A stretch of DNA of 64,000 bases. Origin: Mytilus edulis. Lineage: Eukaryota. Below are positions 51,203 through 64,000 of this stretch, piece by piece; position 1 is the first letter of the stretch, and each line of letters begins with the position of its first letter. The notes beneath the pieces were generated by a model. That model saw nothing but the letters and a program-made list of their open reading frames with translations, did not search any database and had not been told where the DNA came from. The translations under genes and the position numbers were made by a program. The stretch lies in contig NC_092347.1 of assembly GCF_963676685.1 (NCBI RefSeq), forward strand, positions 83,452,001 through 83,516,000. Direction: 5' to 3'.

Positions 51203-52708
51203 TTTTAGCTCACCTGGCCCGAAGGGCCAAGTGAGCTTTTCTCATCACTTGGCGTCCAGCGTCCGTCGTCGTCCGTCGTCGTCGTCGTCGTCCGTCGTCG
51301 TCGTCGTCCGTCGTCGTCGTCGTCCGTCGTCGTCGTCGTCCGTCGTCGTCGTCGTCCGTCGTCGTCGTCGTCCGTCGTCGTCGTCGTCCGTCGTCGTCGT
51401 CCTCCGTCGTCGTCGTCGTCATCCGTCGTCGTCGTCGTCCGTCGTCGTCGTCCGTCGTCGTCGTCGTCGTCGTCCGTTGTCGTCCGTCGTCGTTAACTTT
51501 ACAAAAACCTTCTCCTCTAAAACTACTGAACCAAACTAAACCAAACTTGGCCACAATCATCATTGAGTATCTAGTTTAAAAAATCTGTCCGGTGACCCGG
51601 CCAACCAACCAAGATGGCCGCCATGGCTAAAAATAGAACATAGGGGTAAAATGCAGTTTTTGGCTTATATCTCAAATACCAAAGCATTTAGAGCAAATCT
51701 CACATGGATTAAATTGTTTATCAGGTCAAGACCTATTTGCCCTGTAATTGTCAGATGAATCGGACAACCCGTTGTTAGGTTGCTGCCCCAGAATTGGTAA
51801 TTTTAAGGAAATTTTGCTGTTTTTGGTTATTATCTTGAATATTATTAAGGATAGAGATGAACTGTAAACAGCAAAAATGTTCAGCAAAGTCAGATCTACA
51901 AATAAGTTAGCATGACTAAAATGATCAGTTGACCCCTTAAGGAGTTATTGCCCTTTATAGTCAAATTTTAAACCATTTTTCGTAAATCTCAGTAATCTTT
52001 TACAAAAATCTTCTCCTCTGAAACTACTGCCAGGGCCACATTAAACCAAACTTGGCCACAATCATCATTGAGGTGTCTTGTTTAAAAAAAAAGTGTCCGG
52101 TGACCCTGCCAACCAACCAAGACGGCCGCCATGGCTAAAATAGAACATAGGGGTAAAATGCTGTTTTTTGCTTATATCTCAAAAACCAAAGAATTTAGAG
52201 CAAATCTGATATGGGGGTAAAACTGTTTATCAGGTCAAGATCTATCTGCCTTGAAATTTTCAGATGTATTGGACAACCCGTTGTTTGTTTGCTGCCCCTG
52301 AATTAGCAATTTAAAGGAAATTTTGCTGTTTTTGGTTATTATCTTGAATATTATTATAGATAGAGATAAACAGTAAACAGCAATAATGTAAAGCAAAGTA
52401 AGATTTAAAAATAAGTCAACATGACCAAAATGGTCAATTGATCCCCTAAGGATTTATTGCGCTTTATAGTCAATTTTTACAATTTTCAGAAAATTTGTTA
52501 ATTTTTACCAACATTGTCCACTGTAACTACTGGGCCAAGTTCATTATAGATAGAGATAATTGTAAGCAGCAAGAATGCTCAGTAAAGTAAGATCTACAAA
52601 CTCATCACCATCACCAAAACACATTTTGTCATGAATCCATCTGTGTCCTTTGTTTAATATTCACATAGACCAAGGTGAGCGACACAGAGTCTTTGGAGCC
52701 TCTAGTTC
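51203..52708 (+). mobile_element. Helentron-like non-autonomous element with expanded (GTC)n microsatellite and ~500-bp internal tandem units
   Basis: 5' ttttagctcacctggcc-cgaa-gggcca; (gtc)n/cc at 51262-51492; units starting cttctcctct at 51508 and 52010; 3' ccaaggtgagc (inverted repeat of gctcacct), hairpin remnant and ctagtt. Confidence 0.8.
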
Positions 52709-53348
52709 ATTTACATATTCTAACTTGCTTGTAAATTTCTACGCGTACTAGTCGACAATGGCGTTTTTAAAAATCGACGGAATAATCCAACGAGTGTAAA
52801 ATGGTTTTGCAATGACTGTGTGAGTTTAATCTTGTTTAATCTCATACAGGATAAAGCTGGGGATAAGCTTTTCTGAGCAGGATTTTTCCAACTAATATTA
52901 TTGGAAAGCTTTTACAACGGTAATGTGTTGATGTAAAATCGTTCATTTTGAAATTATTATCATATTCTCTATCCCTCGGGATAATCCAATAAAAAAAGGT
53001 CGTTTGATGATATCGCATAGCGATGGAATCAAGGATGTTAAATTAAGTTTAATTCTTATATTAAAATCATATATGCAAGAAATCTTTTGAAGTAAACTTA
53101 TCAAAACATAAGATAGGAACAAAATTTCGTCCACACCAATCTTATTATGATTCTTTTTTGTAATCAAGTAGAAAACGTGCAACGAATTCTTTCCAGCTAA
53201 CACTTGCAAACGCAAGCCGTGACAGGATTCATAAAATGAAATGTAACCGAAATGTAAACAACAAACATCTAGCGACCAAACTGTTTTATAATTTTCAAAT
53301 AAAAAAACCCCAGCTATTTTAACTTAAACATTGTTGAATTAATATCGT

Positions 53349-56300
53349 ATCGTAGATGAATTAGTTTTCGATATCATTAAAATTAAAAATTAAAAAACAA
53401 TCAGCAACTGTCATTGATTATAGGGTCCAATGCTGTACTTCTATTTGCACTTATACTCAACTTAAGGGTTTAAACAAATACATCATTTAGAAATGGTGTG
53501 TTCTGGCCTTTGAAAATACATGTTTCAGCTACTTGCACTTCAATATTTCAATAACGTATTGATAATAAGAAATATTTCCTTAATTTTCTTTTACCTTTCA
53601 AATCATGGGATTGACAATTAACTTGTTGTACTGTCTATATGCAAATAGAGATTTTTTTCAAAATTTCAATTCTTCATAATAATTTTAGATCACTGATCGA
53701 ATAAAAATAAGCATAATCAGTCACGTGAAAATGTGCCTGACATTCGTTGGGAACCTCGTCCGTAGATTTATTTTGTTATTTGGAGTATTTGCTTTCGATG
53801 GCAGATCTTTGGTCGTTCTTTGTAAATTCATAGTCACCTCTCTTTAGACCCTGACATATAATAGTGTGTAGACATCTGTCTGCTTGTTGTTGAAGACTCT
53901 GTTTAAGCTAGGCATCGTAGTAATAGTGAAACCAACTACTTTAGGGGTGATATGCATTAGTTGTTGATACTTTAAAATTCCAAAGATATGTTAAAGTACA
54001 TTCAGTCTAAGTCTCGTTCCTCGTGCAAAAGTATAAACACATTTGACTTGTTTATCCTTTACTCAAATGTTCATAATTTGAAACGTAAAGGGATATTGAA
54101 AGAATTGGTCTTAATTTGTTTCATCAAAGGATGTTAGAATATGCAATTTGTATCAAATACCTATCCCGAAATACTCATTGGTTTTTCAAGGTTTTTTTTT
54201 AATTTTGTTTTTACACGAAATGCTAGTTCAATTCTTTATTAACCAAATGTTTTACAACATATAGGTACATGTATAATCAATATATACTAAATATAGATTA
54301 AAAAAATTTAAATCATGACAAAACAGACAGAAGTATTAAATACACAAAAAATAAATTCATATATATATAATTCCAAATAATAAATATATGTAACAAATGA
54401 ATTACAAATCATCTTACTGAAAACAGTAATTTCTGAGCTTTAGTGCTCGAAAATATATTTTCCTAAGATATCGGTAAATGAATTGTATACTTAATTACCC
54501 TGAGTTTATCATGCTTTTCAATACATATGACCAAAGTTTCCCTTTCAAATTATTGAAAACTATCAATCTGCAGTGACACAAATATCTTGGGGTTAATTAG
54601 ATACACCCATTCGGGAAAACTCCCTAAGTGGGTATCTAATACATATAATACAAACAATTGTTTGTTTCTGTTTATCGATTACAAACACAAAAAGAAATTT
54701 CGCTCGAAGAACTGCATTGACTAGTGATATTTAAAGAGCTAGAGCTCGTAAATTGAGATACAATCCGTATAAATAAAGGCAACAGTAGTATACCGCTGTT
54801 CAAAATTCATAAATCGATAGAGAATAACAAATCTGGGTCACAAACTAAAACTGATGGAAACGTATCAAATACAAGAGAACCACGACACAACAGAGACACA
54901 ACACCGAAATGCAACACACACAGAAACGAACCACAATGTAACAATGGCTATCTCCCGACTTGGCACAAGGCACCTTATGAAAAAATGGTGGGTCGAACCT
55001 GGTTTTGTGGCATGCCAAACCTCCCGCTTCAATGGCAGTGCTAGTTATAACATTAAAATGACAACATTACACGACAGGGTTACAATAAATAAACAGATAA
55101 ATGGGAGAAAATATAGGACAGAGAAACAAACGAATAATAGCCATCAAAAGGTAACAGGTTAAACAAAAAAATTATACGCCAGACGCGCGCTACGTCCACA
55201 CAAACTATGCTCAGATGTAAAATGTTTGAAAGCCATAACATTTACAAAGTTGAAGATCGCCGAGGACCAAAAGTTCCAAAAAGTTGTGAGGCCAGGGTTA
55301 TCCGCCTGGGACAAAACATCATTATTATCAAGAATAATACATAGTAACAGTAAATTTTATAAAATGACTATATAATAGATGTACATGATTAAACTGAAGT
55401 GGTGACTAGTTAAAGAATAAAAACGAATACATCGCAAAATCACAGCCCTGTTAGCCATAGTCAATGCAACACCCAAAGTGACGTCACATTTAAATTTCTA
55501 AAACCTAGTTTTCCTTTGAATATACTCGTTGTAAAAGGTTATCAAGTCATCACTGTACAAAAATCGTTGATTATTGTCTTTATCGGTACAAACCAGAAGT
55601 AAAATATTTCAGTCAACCCTGGTATCTATGATGAGTTTCTTTGTTGCAATTTAATTAAAATATAGGTATTAACATTGATTTAAATTTTAATAGTTCAAAA
55701 ACCTGTATTACTATCAACGTTCTGACTCATACTTTTCCATTGCACTTGGTGAATCCAATGCTTTCAGTTCATACTGTTTATGATGTCTTTACATTCAATT
55801 CAGATAACATAATTTGGATGCACACCTTTACAAAGTCTTCGAACGCTCAATACAACCTTTTCTCTTTTTTTCTTAATATAAAAACAGTAATTAAAAAAGA
55901 TAAAAACTAAAAAAACAAGTGGAAGATTTATAATTTAAAAAAAATAACATCAAATTATTCATATATCTCTGGCATTTCAATAAGAACAATAGCAATTCAA
56001 GAACTCTTTACATATGTTGTAGAAAATTGAACCATACAATAAGTTAAGGATAATTATATACAGTGTTAATAAATCAGAACTGTGACACTTTTGTTCAACA
56101 CTAAAGTGGCCCATGTTTAGTCCATGTTTTCCTGTGAATTAAAATAATAATGAAATGAGAACCACAGAAAGGATAAAAGAGTGCAAATAAGACAAACACA
56201 TAGAACACGTACAATTAAATCTAGTTAAAAAATCGATATAACATGGCAAACGATACTTTAAAAAGTGAGCAGAACCTTGTTATCCATAAAAGTCAAAGGA

Positions 56301-56522
56301 CAATGACAAATAATATATGATGCAAATAAAATACCCGACCAAAACAGGTAGAAATTGATAGAAAACACGTAAATATCGCTCAAAAAAGTTCAATGAACTG
56401 ATTTTCGAATTCCTTTTTTTTTTCATAAACCTGTCCTTCAAATATACGAAGTTTCTGTAAAAAGCTACTGATGTGTAATGAGTCCTCCTAATGTTTCTGT
56501 GTATTGATATACTGGGTTTTGC
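53349..56522 (+). repeat. Segmental tandem duplication, copy 1
   Basis: Colinear with 57345-59400 along its length (e.g. tcgatggcagatctttggtcgttctt, aatacctatcccgaaatactcattggtttttca, ccgaccaaaacaggtagaaat). Confidence 0.9.
54772..55500 (-). mobile_element. Composite insertion present only in duplication copy 1 (retrozyme-like part plus SINE-like core)
   Basis: The empty site ccgtataaacatagttttcc is at 58377-58397. Hammerhead remnant cgccagacgcgcg at 55177. Confidence 0.75.
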
Positions 56523-57171
56523 TTTATAAATCATTCAAGTGTGTTCTACATCGTTGTAGTTCTCTCTGTCAAACAAATTTAATAAACTATATTTCGAAAG
56601 TTACATATAAATTGTATAATTTTGCAATATCCATATGCAGTTTCACATGTTCTATTGGCTTCCTAAATTGCAAATCTTCATGAAAACCTGTGAGATAGCC
56701 ATTTACGCAGTTGTAACATTCAATAACTTCATAAAATTAAGAAAAAAGTGGAATAACTAAAAAAAATGTAATCATATTAGTAATATGATTATTGTATTTT
56801 ATATGCAAATATTGGGACAATATTGATTCTTGGAAGCCGAATTGGTCAGGAATATATTGAATTGGTTCCACATTTAGAACACCAATTAACTCTGAATATA
56901 CACGAATGTCTGGATAATAGTCTGTCTTCCTATATATATACTTTAATTTTAAAGGCCATGCTTCTCTAGTTTTTATTTTCCCCCGCTGTATTATGTATTC
57001 CTCCTATTCTATTTATTAGCACCTTATTGTGATCTATTCTTTATTTTTTTTACCAGTTTTGTTTATGCTTTATATTAATTTCTCTTCACTGTAAACCTAT
57101 CTTAAACTTTGCTACTGAAATTAAGGCAATACAAATGATTCCTCGTTTTAAATGTGGTTTGTCGTCATAAA

Positions 57172-57342
57172 AGTTTGGCCTCGCAGACTGTGGCCTAATG
57201 CTATCTTGTTTAGTGTGTTAAGCTTCACAAACATTTGGCCTCACATACTGTAGTCAAATGCCATCTTGTTTAATGTCTTAAGCTAACTGCTTCCCAAACG
57301 TTTGGCCACGCAGAATTTGGTCTGATATTATCTTGTTTAATG
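57172..57342. repeat. Three degenerate ~62-bp tandem units
   Basis: tttggcc.c.ca.a.t.t.g...atg..atcttgttta.tgt occurs three times, immediately before duplication copy 2. Confidence 0.8.
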
Positions 57343-57344
57343 TA

Positions 57345-59400
57345 AATAGACGAAGATTCATTAGTTGTCGATATCATTAAAATTTTAAAATTTTAAAAAA
57401 GATTGAAACTGTCATTGATTATCAGGCCCAATGCAGTACTTCTATTTGGATTTAACTCAAATTAAGGTTTTAAACAAATACACTGTTTAAAAATGGTGTG
57501 TTCTGGTCTTTGAAAATACAAAATGTTTTTCCTTAATTGTATTGTACCTTTAAAATTTGTATTGGCAACCAACTTGTTGTACTGTCCATATGCAAATAGA
57601 GAAAATTATCTTTTTTCAATATCAATTTTCTGAATAATCTTAAGATCACTGATCGAAGAAAAACGAACTTTACTCCATCAGGTGTTTATATATTTGCCTG
57701 ACATTAGTTAAGAACCTCATTCGTAGATTTATTATGTTATTTAGAGTATTTACTTTCGATGGCAGATCTTTGGTCGTTCTTGGCAAATTTCTTGGCACCT
57801 TTCTTTAGACTTGTGACCATTGCAACCCAGACATATGATAGTGTAGAGACATATGTCTGTTGTTGAAGACTGTCAGTTTGAGCTGGGCATAAAGGTAATG
57901 GTGAAACAAATTACTTTAGAGGTAATATGGATCAGTTGTTGGTTCTTGTGCTCATAATTTCAAACGTAAAGGAATATTGAAAGAATTGGTCTGAACTTGT
58001 TTCATCAAAAGAATGTTAGAAAATGAAATACCTATCCCGAAATACTCATTGGTTTTTCACATGTTTTTTTTATTGTTATTTTTACACCAAATGCAGGTTA
58101 TCGTTAAATGAATTGAATACTAAATTACACTGAGTTTATCATGCTTTTCAATACATATGACATAAGTTCCCCTCCTTAATTATTGAAAACCTTTAATCTG
58201 CATTGACAATTATATCTTGGTGTAAATTAGATACACCAATTCAGGATAAAGACCTCAATGCGTATCTTATACATATAAAACAAATATTGCATGTTTGTGT
58301 AAATCGAGTACAAACAAACACGAAGTTTCGTTTGAAGAATGTGTTAAGAGCTAGAGCTCATAAATTAAGATACAGTCCGTATAAACATAGTTTTCCTTTG
58401 AATATACTCGTTGTAAAAGGTTATCAATACATCACTGTAGAAAGATCGTTAGATAATGCCTTTATCTGAACATACCAGAAGTAAATTATTGCACTTTAAT
58501 CAAAATATAGGTATTAACATTGATTTTAATTTTAATAGTTCAAAAACCTGTATTGCTCTCGATGGTTTACTTGTGCATTGCACTTGGTGAATCCAATGGT
58601 TTGTGTTCAGACCGCTTATGATGTCTTCACAATCAATCCAGACAATACAATTTAGATGCACACCTTTATAAAGTCTTCGAAAGTTCAATGGAACTTTTTC
58701 TCTTTTTTTTTCTTAATATAAATAAAGTAATTAAAAAAAAGATAAAAAGTAAAAATATGAAAGGACTAATTTCTTCTAATACCTGGTTCTTGATTTATAA
58801 CAACATAAATTTATTCACATTTCTCCAGAATTTCAATAAGAACAATAGCAGTTCAAGAACTCTTTACAAGTGTTGTAGACAATTGCATCAAGTTAAGATG
58901 AAACATACAATAAGTTAAGGATGAATATATACAGTGTTAATAAAGAAGAACAGTGACACCTTTGTTCAACGCTAAAGTGATCCATATTTCGTCCCTGTTT
59001 CTCCGCGATTGAAATAGTAATGAACAGAAAATGTATAAACCACAGACAGGATAAAGGAGTGCACATCAGACAAAAAATAGAACTGAAACACGTACAAATC
59101 GAATCTAGTTACAAAAAAACTCGACATAACATGGAAAACAGTACTTTAATTAGTGAGCAGAACCTTGTAATGGATCAAAATCTAAGGACAATGACATTTA
59201 TGATATGATGCAAATAAAGTATCCGACCAAAACAGGTAGAAATCGATAGAAAACACGTAAATATCGTTCAAAGAGTTCAATGATATGATTTTTGAACGCC
59301 TTTTTTGGATAAACCTGCCCTTCAAATGTACAAAGTCTCTTTACCAAGGATGTGTAATGAGATGTTCTTATGTTTGTGTATATTGATATACTGGGTTTTG
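57345..59400 (+). repeat. Segmental tandem duplication, copy 2
   Basis: See copy 1; runs directly into the satellite. Confidence 0.9.
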
Positions 59401-62400
59401 ATGTGTAATGAGATGTTCTTATGTTTCTGTATATTAATATACTGGGTTTTGATGTGTGATGAGATGTTCTTATGTTTCTGTATATCAATATACTGGGTTT
59501 TGATGTGTAATGAGATGTTTTTATGTTTCTGTATATCAATATACTGGGTTTTGATGTGTAATGAGATGTTTTTATGTTTCTGTATATTAATATACTGGGT
59601 TTTGATGTGCAATGAGATGTTCTTATGTCTCTGTATATTGATATACTGGGTTTTGAAGTGTAATGAGATGTTCTTATGTTTGTGTATATTGATATACTGG
59701 GTTTTGATGTGTAATGAGATGTTCTTATGTTTGTGTATATTAATATACTGGGTTTTGATGTGTAATGAGATGTTCTTATGTTTGTGTATATTAATATACT
59801 GGGTTTTGATGTGTAATGAGATGTTCTTATGTTTGTGTATATTGATATACTGGGTTTTGATGTGTAATGAGATGTTCTTATGTTTGTGTATATTAATATA
59901 CTGGGTTTTGTTGTGTAATGAGATGTTCTTATGTTTGTATATATTGATATACTGGGTTTTGATGTGTAATGAGATGTTCTTAGGTTTGTGTATATTGATA
60001 TTCTGGGTTTTGATGTGTAATGAAATGTTCTTATGTCTCTGTACATTGATAAACTGGGTTTTGATGTGTAATGAGATGTTCTTATGTTTCTGTATATTGA
60101 TAAACCCGGTTTTGGTGTGTAATGAGATGTTCTTATGTCTCTGTATATTGATATACTGGGTTTTGATGTGTAATGGGATGTTCTTATGTTTGTGTATATT
60201 AATATACTGGGTTTTGATGTGTAATGAGATGTTTTTATGTTTGTGTATATTAATATACTGGGTTTTGATGTGTAATGAGATGTTCTTATGTTTCTGTATA
60301 TTGATATTCTGGGTTTTGGTGTGTAATGAGATGTTCTTATATCTCTGTATATTGATATACTGGGTTTTGGTTTGTAATGAGATGTTCTTATGTCTCTGTA
60401 TATTAATATACTGGGTTTTGGTGTGTAATGAGATGTTCTTATGTCTCTGTATATTGATATACTGGGTTTTGATGTGTAATGAGATGTTCTTATGTTTATG
60501 TATATTAATATACTGGGTTTTGATGTGTAATGAGATGTTCTTATGTTTGTGTATATTAATATACTAGGTTTTGATGTGTAATGAGATGTTCTTATGTTTG
60601 TGTATATTGATATACTGGGTTGTGGTGTGTAATGAGATGTTCTTATGTTTGTGTTTATTGATATACTGGGTTTTGATGTGTAATGAGATGTTCTTATGTC
60701 TCTGTATATTTATATACTGGGTTTTGATGTGTAATGAGATGTTCTTATGTTTGTGTATATTAATATACTGGGTTTTGGTGTGCAATGAGATGTTCTTATG
60801 TTTCTGTATATTGATTAACTGGGTTTTGGTATGTAATGAGATGTTCTTATGTCTCTGTATATTAATATACTGGGTTTTGATGTGCAATGAGATGTTCTTA
60901 TGTCTCTGTATATTGATAAACTGGGTTTTGATGTGTAATGAGATGTTCTTATGTCTTTGTATATTGATATACTGGGTTTTGATGTGTAATGAGATGTTCT
61001 TATGTTTCTGTATATTAATATACTGGGTTTTGATGTGTAATGAGATGTTCTTATGTCTCTGTATATTGATAAACTGGGTTGTGGTGTGTAATGAGATGTT
61101 CTTATGTTTCTGTATATCAATATACTGGGTTTTGATGTGTAATGAGATGTTCTTATGTTTCTGTATATTAATATACTGGGTTTTGATGTGTAATGAGATG
61201 TTCTTATGTTTCTGTATATTGATATACTGGGTTTTGATGTGTAATGAAATGTTCTTATGTTTCTGTATATTAATATACTGGGTTTTGATGTGTAATGAGA
61301 TGTTCTTATGTTTCTGTATATTGATATACTGGGTTTTGGTGTGTAATGAGATGTTCTTATGTTTGTGTATATTAATATACTAGGTTTTGATGTGTTATGA
61401 GATGTTCTTATGTTTGTGTATATTGATATACTGGGTTTTGATGTGTAATGAGATGTTCTTATGTCTCTGTATATTGATATACTGGGTTGTGGTGTGCAAT
61501 GAGATGTTCTTATGTCTCTGTGTATTGATATACTGGATTTTGATGTGTAATGAGATGTTCTTATGTCTCTGTATATTGATATACTGGGTTTTGATGTGTA
61601 ATGAGATGTTCTTATGTCTCTGTATATTAATATGCTGGGTTTTGATGTGTAATGAGATGTTCTTATGTCTCTTTATATTAATATACTGGGTTTTGATGTG
61701 TAATGAGATGTTCTTATGTCTATGTATATTAATATACTGGGTTTTGATGTGTAATGAGATGTTCTTATGTCTTTGTATATTGATATACTGGGTTTTGGTG
61801 TGTAATGAGATGTTCTTATGTCTCTGTATATTGATATACTGGGTTTTGGTTTGTAATGAGATGTTCTTATGTTTCTGTATATTAATATACTGGGTTTTGG
61901 TGTGCAATGAGATGTTCTTATGTTTCTGTATATTGATTAACTGGGTTTTGGTATGTAATGAGATGTTTTTATGTCTCTGTATATTAATATACTGGGTTTT
62001 GATGTGCAATGAGATGTTCTTATGTCTCTGTATATTGATAAACTGGGTTTTGATGTGTAATGAGATGTTCTTATGTCTTTGTATATTGATATACTGGGTT
62101 TTGATGTGTAATGAGATGTTCTTATGTTTCTGTATATTAATATACTGGGTTTTGATGTGTAATGAGATGTTCTTATGTCTCTGTATATTGATATACTGGG
62201 TTTTGATGTGTAATGAGATGTTCTTATGTTTCTGTATATTAATATACTGGGTTTTGATGTGTAATGAGATGTTCTTATGTCTCTGTATATTGATATACTG
62301 AGTTTTGATGTGTAATGAGATGTTCTTATGTTTGTGTATATTGATAAACTGGGTTTTGATGTGTAATGAGATGTTCTTATGTCTCTGTGTATTAATATAC

Positions 62401-64000
62401 TGGGTTTTGATGTGTAATGAGATGTTCTTATGTCTCTGTATATTGATGAACTGGGTTTTGATGTGTAATGAGATGTTCTTATGTCTCTATATTTATATAC
62501 TGGGTTTTGATGTGTAATGAGATGTTCTTATGTTTCTGTATATTGATATACTGGGTTTTGATGTGTAATGAGATGTTCTTATGTCTCTGTATATTGATAA
62601 ACCGGGTTTTGGTGTGTAATGAGATGTTCTTATGTTTCTGTATATTGATATACTGGGTTTTGATGTGTAATGAGATGTTCTTATGTCTCTGTATATTGAT
62701 AAACCGGGTTTTGGTGTGTAATGAGATGTTCTTATGTTTCTGTATATTAATATACTGGGTTTTGATGTGTAATGAGATGTTCTTATGTTTGTGTATATTC
62801 ATATACTGGGTTGTGGTGTGCAATGAGATGTTCTTATGTCTCTGTGTATTGATATACTGGGTTTTGATGTGTAATGAGATGTTCTTATGTCTCTGTATAT
62901 TGATATACTGGGTTTTGGTGTGCAATGAGATGTTCTTATGTCTCTGTGTAATGATATACTGGGTTTTGATGTGTAATGAGATGTTCTTATGTCTCTGTAT
63001 ATTGATATACTGGGTTTTGATGTGTAATGAGATGTTCTTATGTCTCTGTATATTAATATACTGGGTTTTGATGTGTAATGAGATGTTCTTATGTCTCTGT
63101 ATATTAATATACTGGGTTTTGATGTGTAATGAGATGTTCTTATGTCTCTGTATATTAATATACTGGGTTTTGATGTGTAATGAGATGTTCTTATGTCTTT
63201 GTATATTGATATACTGGGTTTTGGTGTGTAATGAGATGTTCTTATGTCTCTGTATATTGATATACTGGGTTTTGGTTTGTAATGAGATGTTCTTATGTTT
63301 CTGTATATTAATATACTGGTTTTGATGTGTAATGAGATGTTCTTATGTCTCTGTATATTGATATACTGGGTTTTGATGTGTAATGAGATGTTCTTATGTT
63401 TCTGTATATTAATATACTGGGTTTTGATGTGTAATGAGATGTTCTTATGTTTCTGTATATTGATATACTGGGTTTTGATGTGTAATGAGATGTTCTTGTG
63501 TTTCTGTATATTAATATACTGGGTTTTGATGTGTAATGAGATGTTCTTATGTCTCTGTATATTGATATACTGAGTTTTGATGTGTAGTGAGATGTTCTTA
63601 TGTTTGTGTATATTGATAAACTGGGTTTTGATGTGTAATGAGATGTTCTTATGTCTCTGTGTATTAATATACTGGGTTTTGATGTGTAATGTGTTCTTAT
63701 GTCTCTGTATATTGATAAACTGGGTTTTGATGTGTAATGAGATGTTCTTATGTCTCTGTATATTGATAAACTGGGTTTTGGTGTGTAATGAGATGTTCTT
63801 ATGTCTCTATATTTATATACTGGGTTTTGATGTGTAATGAGATGTTCTTATGTTTCTGTATATTGATATACTGGGTTTTGATGTGTAATGAGATGTTCTT
63901 ATGTCTCTGTATATTGATAAACCGGGTTTTGGTGTGTAATGAGATGTTCTTATGTTTCTGTATATTAATATACTGGGTTTTGGTGTGTAATGAGATGTTC
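59349..64000. repeat. 51-bp satellite array (~91 monomers in the window, continuing past the end)
   Basis: Unit gatgtgtaatgagatgttcttatgt(t/c)(t)ctgtatatt(g/a)atatactgggtttt; the 17-codon periodicity shows in the ORF track. Confidence 0.98.

Noticed and set aside
51210-51563. Poly-T/D/R and poly-S/V/R ORFs
   Set aside because: Translations of the (GTC)n microsatellite inside a non-autonomous element.
59198-63837. Long Cys-rich or His/Lys-rich ORFs (up to 420 aa) on both strands
   Set aside because: Artefacts of a 51-bp (17-codon) satellite unit that lacks stops in several frames; sporadic stops and frameshifts, no gene context.

Overview
AT-rich, repeat-dense eukaryotic DNA, not prokaryotic. 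The repeat families look like those of a bivalve, probably a Mytilus mussel (inference from recognition, no search run). There are three credible host genes, all on the minus strand. Two are intronless paralogues (4050-4721, 17250-17927) encoding only the C-terminal immunoglobulin-like region of the kyphoscoliosis-peptidase/hillarin family, and they share a conserved ~150 bp upstream block. The third is a two-exon 338-aa 7TM receptor (49237-48654 + 44996-44564). The rest is mobile DNA: more than a dozen copies of a ~350-nt repeat carrying a minimal type I hammerhead ribozyme (retrozyme/Penelope type, four with an intact core), a decayed Penelope-like retroelement with GIY-YIG endonuclease upstream of RT, an Academ(X) transposon containing a Ginger-type transposon that itself contains a MITE and a SINE-like element, TTAA/Kolobok-type MITEs, Helentron-like microsatellite elements and SINE-like families. 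The last 11 kb is a tandem segmental duplication in which one 51-bp segment, single-copy in the first duplicate, is amplified into a >4.6-kb satellite in the second. Repeat boundaries are by eye and approximate unless TIRs or TSDs are quoted.
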